Shown: positions 55,618-64,000 of the stretch, piece after piece
Position numbering within the stretch: position 1 is the stretch's first letter
Layout: each line of letters starts with the position of its first letter
NCBI GenBank assembly: GCA_020354025.1
Contig: CP070638.1
Coordinates: forward strand, 1,130,250-1,194,249
Direction: 5' to 3'
DNA: 64,000 nucleotides
DNA from: Fidelibacterota bacterium
GTDB lineage: Bacteria > Fidelibacterota > Marinisomatia > SCGC-AAA003-L08 > TS1B11
Notes under the pieces: model-generated
What the model saw: only the letters and a program-made list of their open reading frames with translations
Database searches by the model: none
Told to the model about the DNA's origin: nothing
Translations under genes and position numbers: made by a program

Positions 55618-56898
55618 GTGGAAAACGAACTAACAGTTGTTGATAGTTTTACCCGCCGCCTGCAGGTGGAAGTACCCTGGGAGGAGCTCCAGGATAAATA
55701 TGCGGTCTTTCTCCAGAAGTTCAGCAAGAAAGTGAGGCTCCCGGGATTCAGAAAGGGGAAAGTACCTCCGAAGCTGGTACGCCAGCAGTTTGGTGCTGCG
55801 GCTGAATCAGAATTCGCCGAAAGCATGGTTCAGGAGTATTACCAGTCAGCCCTAGAGGACACCGGCGTGGAATCCATCAGTCAGGCCACCATCCGCGCTG
55901 TACAATTCCGCGAAGGACAGACTTTCCGTTTCGAGGCCACCTTTGAGGTGGAGCCGGAAGTGATTTTACCATCCTATCAGAAAGGGATGAAATTCGAACA
56001 GATTACATACGACTGTGACGATGAGGATGTGGGGCGGGCCATCGAAGACATCCGCCAACAGCAGGCAGAGCTGCGGACGGTGGAGGGCGCCCTCGAAGAG
56101 AACCAATACCTGCTGGCTGACCTCCAGGAAGTTGATGAAAGCGGCATGCCGCTGGTGGGCAGGAAGATGGAGGATCGTTACATTCACCTGCATCCCGAAG
56201 GCCCTCTTGGACCGGAGAACCTGGAGAAGCTGCGTGGGGCCCGCGTGGGAGATACCCGCCGGGTCGTACTCACCGACGATGCGGGGCTACCGATACATTA
56301 TGAGCTGATCGTACGCGAAGTGACCGAACGGATCCTACCGGATGTTGACGACGCTTTTGCCCGTCAGGTTGATCCGGAAGCCGAGAACCTGGATCAGCTG
56401 CAGGCCAACCTGAGACAAAAGATTCAGGAAGCCTATGAGCACGAAAGCCACAAGCGCCTGACCCATGACATCGCCGATCACTTCGTTCGGAATGCCCAGC
56501 TGGAAGTACCTACTTCCCTATTCGAGAATTACGTAGATACACTTGTGGCCGACCTCGAGCGGGAGGGCTATCCTAAAGAGCAAATAGACCGGGACGCGGT
56601 CCGGGAAGAACACAAGGCTTCAATTATCTGGAACCTCAAGTGGTATCTTCTACGCAAGCAGCTCATCGAAACAGAAGAGATCACGGTGGCCGATGCAACG
56701 GTGGATGAACGCATCCAGGAGATCATCGCCGCGGATGAGACCCAGGCCAATCAGATCCGCAACCATTACCGACGTCCGGAGAACCGGCGGAGCTTGAGAC
56801 AGGATCTGATCTCTAACGCCCTGTTCGAGCGACTGAAAAGCTACGCCAAGATCAAGGTGGTCCATAAATCCTCACGTGAATTACGGAAAGCGAGCTAG
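55618..56898 (+). CDS. tig: Trigger factor
   Basis: 426 aa with the N-terminal ribosome-binding-region-like FRKGKVP motif (GFRxGxxP). It lies immediately upstream of clpP, the classical arrangement. Confidence 0.9.
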   Translation: MENELTVVDSFTRRLQVEVPWEELQDKYAVFLQKFSKKVRLPGFRKGKVPPKLVRQQFGAAAESEFAESMVQEYYQSALEDTGVESISQATIRAVQFREGQTFRFEATFEVEPEVILPSYQKGMKFEQITYDCDDEDVGRAIEDIRQQQAELRTVEGALEENQYLLADLQEVDESGMPLVGRKMEDRYIHLHPEGPLGPENLEKLRGARVGDTRRVVLTDDAGLPIHYELIVREVTERILPDVDDAFARQVDPEAENLDQLQANLRQKIQEAYEHESHKRLTHDIADHFVRNAQLEVPTSLFENYVDTLVADLEREGYPKEQIDRDAVREEHKASIIWNLKWYLLRKQLIETEEITVADATVDERIQEIIAADETQANQIRNHYRRPENRRSLRQDLISNALFERLKSYAKIKVVHKSSRELRKAS

Positions 56899-57504
56899 AT
56901 GGTCATGATCGAGAAGAATAATATGTTGGTCCCTATTGTTGTCGAGCAGAGTTCCCGGGGGGAGCGGGCTTTTGACATCTATTCCCGGCTTCTCAAAGAG
57001 CGTATTATCTTCCTGGGCACACCTATCGATGACAACATTGCTAGCCTTATCATAGCCCAGCTGCTTTTCTTGGAGGCCGAGGACGAGAAGCAGGACGTTT
57101 TTCTGTACATCAACAGTGCCGGCGGCATCGTCACTTCGGGAATGGCCATCCTGGACACCATGAACTTCATAAAGCCTAATGTGGCCACTATATGCATGGG
57201 CCAGGCGGCCAGTATGGCCGCCATTCTGCTGGCGGCGGGCACACCGGGGAAGCGGTCAGCGCTACCCAACGCCCGCATTATGATCCACCAGCCGGGGGGC
57301 GGAGTGGAAGGCCAAGCCTCCGACATCGAGATTCACGCTACGGAGATCCTGAAGCTCAAGAAGGACCTCAACCGTATTCTGGCCAAGCTCACCGGGCAGT
57401 CTATCAAGCGCGTTGAAAAAGACACCGACCGTAACAAATTCATGTCCGTCGAGGACGCCAAAACTTACGGCTTGATAGACAATATTCTGGACAAGCGCAG
57501 CTGA
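56899..57504 (+). CDS. clpP: ATP-dependent Clp protease proteolytic subunit
   Basis: [11 protein letters not shown], the catalytic Ser context GQAASMAA and the His context MIHQP. 201 aa. Its ATG abuts the tig stop. Confidence 0.95.
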   Translation: MVMIEKNNMLVPIVVEQSSRGERAFDIYSRLLKERIIFLGTPIDDNIASLIIAQLLFLEAEDEKQDVFLYINSAGGIVTSGMAILDTMNFIKPNVATICMGQAASMAAILLAAGTPGKRSALPNARIMIHQPGGGVEGQASDIEIHATEILKLKKDLNRILAKLTGQSIKRVEKDTDRNKFMSVEDAKTYGLIDNILDKRS

Positions 57505-57668
57505 TATCAACCGTCAGCAGCAAGTCAATATCAATCAGCCTTTAGCCTTCTTTGATCTTCATTATTCAATTGACAGTCGATAATCAGTCCCCATCACTCA
57601 ATGCCGGGATCCCGGCTGCCATAAGCCATCGCTCTCGGTAGCAGTCTAGTTACAGACGGATGATATTT

Positions 57669-58406
57669 TCAGCGGTGAGAAGTGCCGCTGTGAGTTAACA
57701 GCCCGGTCGTCTCCTCTTTACCGGCCAGCAGATGGAATAGCTGGTACATGGCGTGAAACAGCACCAGGGCAAACAGGTCAATGATAGGGATGTACCAAGG
57801 CCAGGGTGGCAATAGGTTTATAGGATTGAAGTCGACGAGCGGGACACTTCGGAGATAGACGTAATTCCCACCCACCAGTAAATCAACTGGTGCGGCGATG
57901 AAGAGGGCATAGAGGTTTAGGGCGATGAACGCGGTCATTACACTTTTGCGCGAAGGCCTGACTCCCTGGACCAGGATAAGGTGGAGGATGGCGAAGAGAG
58001 GCAACCCATGGGCAATGAAGAATCCCGAGAATTCACTGGACGGATAGCCAGCTGTAAGATCGGGGAGGATAAGGGCCAGGGTGGCCCCTGCCAGGGTCCA
58101 GTAGAACAGGATATCGAAAAGCGACTGGCGCGGCTTCCAGAGATAGGCGGCAATCAGGTAGGGGCTGATATCGCATAGGTGGAAGGGGAGATCGTCGTCA
58201 ATTGTGAAGTAGCCGCCCCTAATAGCCACCACATTCCAGAAAACGGCATTGGATATCACCAGCACTCCCAGCCAGTGGTTGAACCGGTCCTCATTAAGGC
58301 TGGGCGCCCGTTTGCGCAGCCTGAGGATCGCCATGGCGATAAGAGCCGTGACAATGAAGATGGCCGTAAAGTGGGTCAGGCTGAACAGCGTGAATGAGCG
58401 AGTCAT
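57669..58406 (-). CDS. Integral membrane protein (about 7 TM, YwaF/TIGR02206-like)
   Basis: Highly hydrophobic 245-aa ORF. The family assignment is tentative. Confidence 0.4.
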   Translation of the reverse strand: MTRSFTLFSLTHFTAIFIVTALIAMAILRLRKRAPSLNEDRFNHWLGVLVISNAVFWNVVAIRGGYFTIDDDLPFHLCDISPYLIAAYLWKPRQSLFDILFYWTLAGATLALILPDLTAGYPSSEFSGFFIAHGLPLFAILHLILVQGVRPSRKSVMTAFIALNLYALFIAAPVDLLVGGNYVYLRSVPLVDFNPINLLPPWPWYIPIIDLFALVLFHAMYQLFHLLAGKEETTGLLTHSGTSHR

Positions 58407-58753
58407 GAAGTGGTTGAAACCAGCGTTTGGATACTGCCTGAAAACATGTCAAAATGGCCCAAATGTCCGTCGATGCGCGCATAAAAGTACATGCAATTAT
58501 TTAACGTTGCAAGTGTTGGCATTACCACAGCTTCAGGTCTCCCCGGCGCAGGCGGCATCCGTAGATTGATTTTGTGCTTTGGGTAGTTGATAGCGGATCC
58601 ATCTCAAGGCTCTCGAACGGCGATAGGCGATCGATAATCCATATTCAATATTCCCTTAATCCCAAGTCCTTAGTCTTAACCCTCACAAACCAGAATCCAA
58701 GCCACCAGCTGCCATAAAGTAGCCCCTGGGATGATCTCCAGTTAAATTCAGCC

Positions 58754-59971
58754 ATGACTTATGATCTGATCATTGTCGGGAGTGGTCCCTCCGGCGCGGC
58801 GGCGGCCATGTTTGCCAGGCGATACAGCCTGCGGACTCTGCTGCTGGATAAGGCTGCCTTCCCTCGCGACAAGATCTGTGGCGACGCTCTCTCGGGCAAG
58901 TCGGTAGCCATCCTGCGGGAGCTGAACCTGCTTGATGGTGTCCGCCGACTGCCCGGAGCAACCATCTCCCGCATCATCTTCACCAGCCCCCGACACACCG
59001 AGCTGGCGATCGACCTCAAACGGAGCAGCCTCAACCAGGTACCGGAGGGCTTTGTCATCCGCCGCCGGAACTTCGACCGGTTCCTCTTCGAAGAGGCCCG
59101 GCGGGCGGCGGATACCTGCTTGGAGAGCTTCACCGTTACCGACCTGGTATATGAAGACGGATTCGTCTGCGGTGTGCGCGGGCGGCAGGGAGACAACGCC
59201 GAGATCGAGCATCGCGGCCGCATTGTCCTAGGTGCCGATGGCTATAACTCGCTGGTAGCGCGTAAAACCGACCTGTATCACCACGATCCCCGGCACTGGG
59301 TTGTAGCGCTACGGCAGTATTACCACAATGTCAGCGGCCTCAGCGACCAGATCGAGCTGCACTACGTGGACGAAGTAATCCCCGGCTACTTTTGGATATT
59401 TCCCCTGGAGAACGGCTGCGCCAACGTGGGCATCGGGATGCTCCACCAGTACATCAAGGACCAGAAGGTAGACCTGCGGCAGGCCCTCAAGGCGGCCATT
59501 GACAGCCCGGCTTTCCGAGAACGGTTTACCGGCGCTGAGTCCCTGGAGGAACCGGTAGGCTGGAACCTGCCGGTGGGTAGCAAGCACCGCCGGATAGTGG
59601 GCAACGGATTCATGCTCTTAGGCGACGCCGCCGGTCTTATCGATCCCTTCACCGGTGAAGGCATCGGCAACGCCCTGTACTCGGCCAGATTCGCGGTAGG
59701 AACGGCCCGGGAAGCCATCAAGGCAGAGGACGTGAGCGAGACCTTCCTGGCTCGTTACGATAAGCGCCTGTGGGATGCCATTGGAGGTGAGCTCAGAGTA
59801 AGCACCCAGCTGCAGAAGATCGGCCGATATCGGCTGCTGCTAAACTTTGTCATCAGCAAGGCCGCTCGGAACGGGCAAGTAAGCGATCTCATCGCCGGCA
59901 TGATCGCCAACGAGGTGCCCCGGAAGCAGCTGGCCAATCCCCTGTTCTATCTGAAGCTGCTGTTCAGCTGA
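58754..59971 (+). CDS. Geranylgeranyl reductase-family FAD-dependent oxidoreductase
   Basis: N-terminal dinucleotide-binding motif DLIIVGSGPSGAAAA; GDAAGLIDPFTGEGI motif typical of the GGR / FixC-like family. Confidence 0.75.
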   Translation: MTYDLIIVGSGPSGAAAAMFARRYSLRTLLLDKAAFPRDKICGDALSGKSVAILRELNLLDGVRRLPGATISRIIFTSPRHTELAIDLKRSSLNQVPEGFVIRRRNFDRFLFEEARRAADTCLESFTVTDLVYEDGFVCGVRGRQGDNAEIEHRGRIVLGADGYNSLVARKTDLYHHDPRHWVVALRQYYHNVSGLSDQIELHYVDEVIPGYFWIFPLENGCANVGIGMLHQYIKDQKVDLRQALKAAIDSPAFRERFTGAESLEEPVGWNLPVGSKHRRIVGNGFMLLGDAAGLIDPFTGEGIGNALYSARFAVGTAREAIKAEDVSETFLARYDKRLWDAIGGELRVSTQLQKIGRYRLLLNFVISKAARNGQVSDLIAGMIANEVPRKQLANPLFYLKLLFS

Positions 59972-60140
59972 CGTCGATCCACCAGCCGACAGATCAAGGG
60001 ATTAAATTTAGTAAACTCATTCTACGAGGAACTCACGGTACTATTAATCCTTGTATGGCAACCTCAGGCGCAATTATTTTGAATCCATGAACTCGCAGAA
60101 AGAATCCAGATATGAACAGTATACCACCTGAAGAAGAACT

Positions 60141-61199
60141 GTGAGCATGGCCATTCCCCTTCTTGAGAAGTACCGGGAATTTCTTTCTGTAACCGACGAG
60201 ACACCGATTGTTTCCTTGGGAGAAGGAGACACGCCGTTGCTACCGGCGCCCGAACTGGGGAAAAAGATCGGTGCTGAGGTTTATCTCAAGATCGAAGGAT
60301 GCAATCCCACCGGGTCGTTCAAGGATCGCGGTATGACCCTGGCGATATCAAAGGCCGAGGAAAAGGGCACCAGAGCAGTAGTGTGCGCCTCGACGGGAAA
60401 CACTGCTGCATCTGCGGCCACCTATGCCGCCAGGGCCGGCCTGCGTTGCATCGTACTCCTGCCTGAGGGTAAAGTTGCCTTGGGGAAGCTGGCACATATC
60501 TCGGCATGTGGGGCCGAGGTAGTAGCAATTCAGGGAAATTTCGATCAGGCGCTGGAGATTGTTCGCTATCTCATCAGTGCCTTTCCGGTGGAAGTTGTCA
60601 ATTCCATCAATCCCTACCGGATTGAAGGGCAGACAACCGGTGCCTTCGAGATTGTTGATGTATTGGGCAACGGTCCGATCTATCAGGCCATGCCGGTAGG
60701 CAACGCGGGCAACATTACCGCCTACTGGCGTGGATATAAGACCTATCAGGCCGCCGGGAAGCTGACACGGCTGCCAAAAATGCTTGGATTTCAGGCTGCC
60801 GGTGCCGCGCCTATCGTGCAAGGCAAGCCGGTGCCAAATCCCGAGACGGTCGCCAGCGCTATTCGGATCGGTCACCCTGCCAGCTGGGAGACTGCAGTAC
60901 AAGCCAGAGATGAATCAGGCGGGATAATCGATGCCGTAACCGACGAAGAGATCCTGGCTGCTTACCAGCTGCTGGGCTCGGTCGAGGGCGTTTTTTGCGA
61001 ACCGGCATCAGCAGCGGGCGTGGCCGGGATATTGAAATTAGCTCAGGAGGACTTTTTTAGACCGGGCGATATTGTAGTGTGTATTATTACCGGGCATGGA
61101 CTGAAAGACCCAGATACAGCCATCGCTACTTCATCAACTCCCACTGCCTTGACCGCTGACCGCCAGGCGGTAGCCGATCACCTGGGCTTCAGTCCCTGA
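60141..61199 (+). CDS. thrC: Threonine synthase (short form)
   Basis: PLP-lysine motif NPTGSFKDRG; GNAGN motif. 352 aa. The GTG start at 60141 is from the track; an ATG lies at 60147. Confidence 0.85.
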   Translation: MSMAIPLLEKYREFLSVTDETPIVSLGEGDTPLLPAPELGKKIGAEVYLKIEGCNPTGSFKDRGMTLAISKAEEKGTRAVVCASTGNTAASAATYAARAGLRCIVLLPEGKVALGKLAHISACGAEVVAIQGNFDQALEIVRYLISAFPVEVVNSINPYRIEGQTTGAFEIVDVLGNGPIYQAMPVGNAGNITAYWRGYKTYQAAGKLTRLPKMLGFQAAGAAPIVQGKPVPNPETVASAIRIGHPASWETAVQARDESGGIIDAVTDEEILAAYQLLGSVEGVFCEPASAAGVAGILKLAQEDFFRPGDIVVCIITGHGLKDPDTAIATSSTPTALTADRQAVADHLGFSP

Positions 61200-61309
61200 A
61201 ACCCGGTAATCCTGCACACGAGACTAGTATACACTGGCTAATCCCGAAGCTAGATTCCAGGTTTGTATTACCGTCGACAGGCCTCGTTCCCCCGCGGGAA
61301 CGAATCCAC

Positions 61310-61867
61310 CTACTCTCTTCGAGGCTGGTTGACGTACTTTATCTGCCGGGAGAAGTCACGCTGGGAACTGTCGTGTTGGTCCAAAATAGAATCATTGGGT
61401 GAGGTAGTAAGCAACGGGCTAGCGGTCTGGGACGTTCCTGAGGGATTGGGTATCATCATGGCAGGCGGATTTTGGCCCATGCTCCTCTTAGGTGGATCTA
61501 CCAAGGGGGCCGATTCCTGGTTGAGGAGGCTTACTCCTATGACCAGCAGCGCTAGGACCGCAGCTGCCAGTCCACTCAACGAGATCGGTGAGAAGCCCAT
61601 GATTCGCGGTGTTGCCAGCTGACGCCACCACGAAGGCGCGCGGTTGATCTCCGCTCGGAGCCGTGCTTGCAGGCGGGGCACAAAATCCGGTGACAGCGAT
61701 GTATCAAGACTTCCTACTAAGGCTAGCCTGATGCCTTCCATATTCGACACCAGTTCAGCACAGCTGGAGCACGACTCGGAGTGCTCCTTGAAGTTCTTCA
61801 GTTCAGTAAACGAAAGCTCAGAGTCCAGATAGGGAGATATTTTAAGACGAAACTGAGAACAATTCAT
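61310..61867 (-). CDS. ZAS-type anti-sigma factor (zf-HC2, single TM)
   Basis: The N-terminal HSESCSSC matches H-x3-C-x2-C. One TM helix (LSGLAAAVLALLVIGVSLL). 4-nt overlap with the upstream ECF sigma gene. Confidence 0.75.
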   Translation of the reverse strand: MNCSQFRLKISPYLDSELSFTELKNFKEHSESCSSCAELVSNMEGIRLALVGSLDTSLSPDFVPRLQARLRAEINRAPSWWRQLATPRIMGFSPISLSGLAAAVLALLVIGVSLLNQESAPLVDPPKRSMGQNPPAMMIPNPSGTSQTASPLLTTSPNDSILDQHDSSQRDFSRQIKYVNQPRRE

Positions 61868-62454
61868 TCAGAGTGATTCCCCCCTTTAATCCTAAGGTTT
61901 GATAGCATCTCCTGAAGTCTTAGCCGGGCGCGGTTAACCCTGGACTTCACGGTACCAAGTGGAATTTTCATAATTTTACTGATCTCTTCATAAGAAAGTT
62001 CCTGCACATCTCGCAAAATAATTACAGTGCGGAAGTGCAGAGGCAGTTTGGCCAGAGCGCTACGGATGTGCTTTTCGGTCTGCTCTCCCTCCAACGTTTT
62101 CGTGGGGGCATAGTCCTCCGATGGCAGCTCATATTCCCGCTCACCGATACCAAGAGTGCTCATGCTGAAGGTCGCACGGCGCTTCCGCTTGCGAAGCTCC
62201 GTCCGGGCCAGATTACCGGCGATGGTATAGATCCAGGTCGAGAAGCGGGCGATCTCCCTGTAAGCATGCCGATGAGTATAGACCTTTATCAGGGTGTCCT
62301 GTACGAGGTCTTCGGCAAGATCACTATCTCCCACAAACCGATAGACGAAAGCGAACAGCCGGTCTTTAAATCGCTCAACGATTTCCAGGTAGGCATTCTC
62401 ATTGCCAGCCTGGAATTGGGCAATTAGTTCCTCATCTGTGAATTGATGCGACAT
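61864..62454 (-). CDS. ECF (group IV) RNA polymerase sigma-70 factor
   Basis: Region 2 (AEDLVQDTLIKVY..., FSTWIYTIAGNL) and region 4 (LPLHFRTVIILRDVQELSYEEISKIMKIPLGTVKSRVNRA). Its ATG shares one base with the holA stop (TAATG). Confidence 0.9.
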   Translation of the reverse strand: MSHQFTDEELIAQFQAGNENAYLEIVERFKDRLFAFVYRFVGDSDLAEDLVQDTLIKVYTHRHAYREIARFSTWIYTIAGNLARTELRKRKRRATFSMSTLGIGEREYELPSEDYAPTKTLEGEQTEKHIRSALAKLPLHFRTVIILRDVQELSYEEISKIMKIPLGTVKSRVNRARLRLQEMLSNLRIKGGNHSE

Positions 62455-63428
62455 TATCCAATACCACGGCAGACACCGGCAACCAGTGCAATCAACATCT
62501 GATCCGCCGCTACACTTGTGGATTTCAAACTCAGATCGGTAGCCTGGAGTTTCCGCAGAATCCAGGTCGTTTCATCTAGTGTGTAAAGTCCGCGCATCGG
62601 TCGCAGCTGTGTGGTAACCAGTTTATTCAGACCGGTGTAGCCTCGTTCCATATTAGTATCAGTCTGGATAAACAGCAACTGACAGAACAATGTGGAGAGA
62701 CTCCCGATAATCCTGGCGGGTAGAGTGCCGTATTCCAAAAGGGATAAGCATATTCTCAAAGATCGGTCCGTCTCCCGGCGCGCCAGGCTCTCCTGCAGGT
62801 GCCATAGCTGGAAAGATTTGTCCGAACACACCTGGACTTCTACAAGCTCCCGGGTTACCGCCTCACCCTTCTCCATCTGGGTAAAGAGCTTATCCAGCTC
62901 GCTCATCACATGTCCGGCCGAATCACCTATCAGGTCGATGAGCAGTTCCAGGGCATCTGACCGGAGGATGAATCCCTTTTGCTTCGCGTAGTAGTTGGCC
63001 AGTGACCGGAGCGTATTTGGAAAGGGTGGACGTGTATCAATTACCGATATTGATTTCGCCAGGCTCTTCTGCAATCCCTTGGTCGGCTGGTACTCTTCCA
63101 TGACCAGCAGGAGACACTTGTCAGGATTGGGATTTCCGGTATATGCTATCAATTCATCTCTGGCAGTACCTTTAATCCGCTGTATCTGGTGGACAACTAG
63201 CAGCTGCCGATCCTGGAACAAGCCGTAAGCATTCAGCTCAGCCAGGACCTGCTCAGCCCGGTCATCGTCCAGGGCAAATACCTGTTTCCTGGAACCTGGA
63301 GGCAGAAAGTGCCTGGCCACCTCACCAATGAAAAAATCCTCCAGATATCCATCACCGCCTGCCAGAAGATAGACCGGTGCGATAGTACCAGCTGTGACCA
63401 GTTGGATAGCATCGTTGAAAGGTGGCAT
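62454..63428 (-). CDS. holA: DNA polymerase III delta subunit
   Basis: About 324 aa. The N-terminus ...APVYLLAGGDGYLEDFF and the overall helical C-terminal half resemble HolA. I used the ATG at 63428 (M17 of the track ORF), just after the upstream symporter stop. Confidence 0.6.
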   Translation of the reverse strand: MPPFNDAIQLVTAGTIAPVYLLAGGDGYLEDFFIGEVARHFLPPGSRKQVFALDDDRAEQVLAELNAYGLFQDRQLLVVHQIQRIKGTARDELIAYTGNPNPDKCLLLVMEEYQPTKGLQKSLAKSISVIDTRPPFPNTLRSLANYYAKQKGFILRSDALELLIDLIGDSAGHVMSELDKLFTQMEKGEAVTRELVEVQVCSDKSFQLWHLQESLARRETDRSLRICLSLLEYGTLPARIIGSLSTLFCQLLFIQTDTNMERGYTGLNKLVTTQLRPMRGLYTLDETTWILRKLQATDLSLKSTSVAADQMLIALVAGVCRGIG

Positions 63429-63435
63429 TGGTGCT

Positions 63436-64000
63436 CTATTCCTGCCTGGACATGACGGTTGCTGCCTCTCTCCCACGTTCCACCAAGCTTACGACCACAA
63501 CAGCTAGGAGTGCTGCCAGAAAACCAGGGACCAGGGAATAGAGGTAGCCACCCCAGGGTATGTTATCCCAGATGATCACGGTGAAAAATCCGATCAGCAT
63601 GCCTGCCAGAACACCATTTCGGGTGGTTTTCGGCCACCATAGGGTAAGCACTAGGGCCGGGCCGAATGCTGCCCCCAGGCCACCCCAAGCGAACAGGACC
63701 TTATCGAAAATGGAGCTCGGAAGCTGGGATAGACCGATGGCCAGAAGGCCGATAACCAGAGTCGCCAGCCGAGAAATAAGCAGAAGGTGCTTCTGTCCCG
63801 CCGAAGGATTCAGGGAGGAGTGGTACACATCTTCTGAAACAGAGGAGGTGGTTACCAGCAGCTGTGAATCGGCAGTGGACATCATAGCCGCCAGAGCCCC
63901 GCTAATGAGAATGCCGGCAAACCACGCCGGGAAAATGGACATGGCCAACTGGGGCATCATTCTCTCCGGATCATCGAAATAGCCTCCACCGAAGTAGGCC
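63436..64000 (-). CDS. Sodium:solute symporter family protein (PutP/PanF-like), C-terminal part; the gene continues beyond the window end
   Basis: Hydrophobic C-terminal helices with ...AGILISGALAAMMSTADSQLL..., typical of the SSS family. The frame is open to the window edge. Confidence 0.7.
   Translation of the reverse strand, partial: AYFGGGYFDDPERMMPQLAMSIFPAWFAGILISGALAAMMSTADSQLLVTTSSVSEDVYHSSLNPSAGQKHLLLISRLATLVIGLLAIGLSQLPSSIFDKVLFAWGGLGAAFGPALVLTLWWPKTTRNGVLAGMLIGFFTVIIWDNIPWGGYLYSLVPGFLAALLAVVVVSLVERGREAATVMSRQE

Noticed and set aside
61285-61302. Hairpin CGTTCCC-CCGC-GGGAACG between thrC and the anti-sigma gene, considered as a bidirectional terminator
   Set aside because: The 7-bp stem is good, but neither strand has a U-tract. 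I cannot support it as an intrinsic terminator from sequence alone.

Overview
This is a 64-kb chromosomal segment from a moderately GC-rich bacterium. It appears to be diderm, because it carries Omp85-type barrels, lipoproteins and two ECF sigma modules. I cannot assign a phylum from the sequence alone.

Gene content, left to right:
1. 1-9481, minus strand: dcw cluster mraZ-rsmH-ftsL-ftsI-murE-murF-mraY-murD-ftsW (ftsW is partial and runs off the window).
2. 9882-17071, plus strand: histidine operon hisG-hisD-hisC-(HAD hydrolase)-hisB-hisH-hisA-hisF-hisI. It is preceded by a His-rich 16-codon leader ORF and a terminator hairpin.
3. clpB, a SpoU/TrmH methyltransferase, argF, a large M14 peptidase, and a translationally coupled aspC-like/pckA pair.
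4. Envelope and housekeeping genes: an OMP, a TPR-like protein, a Nudix hydrolase, queG and a 765-aa TPR membrane protein.
5. A relic of the 5' two-thirds of a tRNA-Leu(UAA), followed by an islet that looks lower in GC by eye. The islet holds a membrane-anchored serine hydrolase, a stand-alone GMP-synthase ATP-PPase subunit, a small secreted protein and a cupin.
6. A prpD/mmgE-like gene and a compact five-gene ECF-sigma envelope operon (sigma, HEAT-repeat membrane protein, GGGDI-repeat toastrack-like protein, beta-helix plus Omp85-like barrel protein, GLG-repeat toastrack-like protein).
7. A 1.18-kb non-coding region packed with hairpins and with 9-bp and 22-bp tandem repeats. Part of it is homologous to a second copy 7.8 kb away.
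8. apbE, an alpha/beta hydrolase, an MBL hydrolase, an internally duplicated 75-aa basic protein, an Omp85 protein, a DUF5916/CBM9-like protein, tig-clpP, a geranylgeranyl-reductase-like protein, thrC, holA-ECF sigma-ZAS anti-sigma, and a partial Na+/solute symporter.

I saw no rRNA, intact tRNA, CRISPR array, transposase, integrase or recognisable defence genes.

The leads most worth following are the his leader-peptide attenuator, the HAD gene embedded in the his operon (a candidate for the missing histidinol-phosphatase), the ECF/toastrack/Omp85-fusion operon, and the unusual repeat-laden intergenic DNA that brackets it.

All functional calls come from motif and pattern recognition by eye. 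No database search was run.
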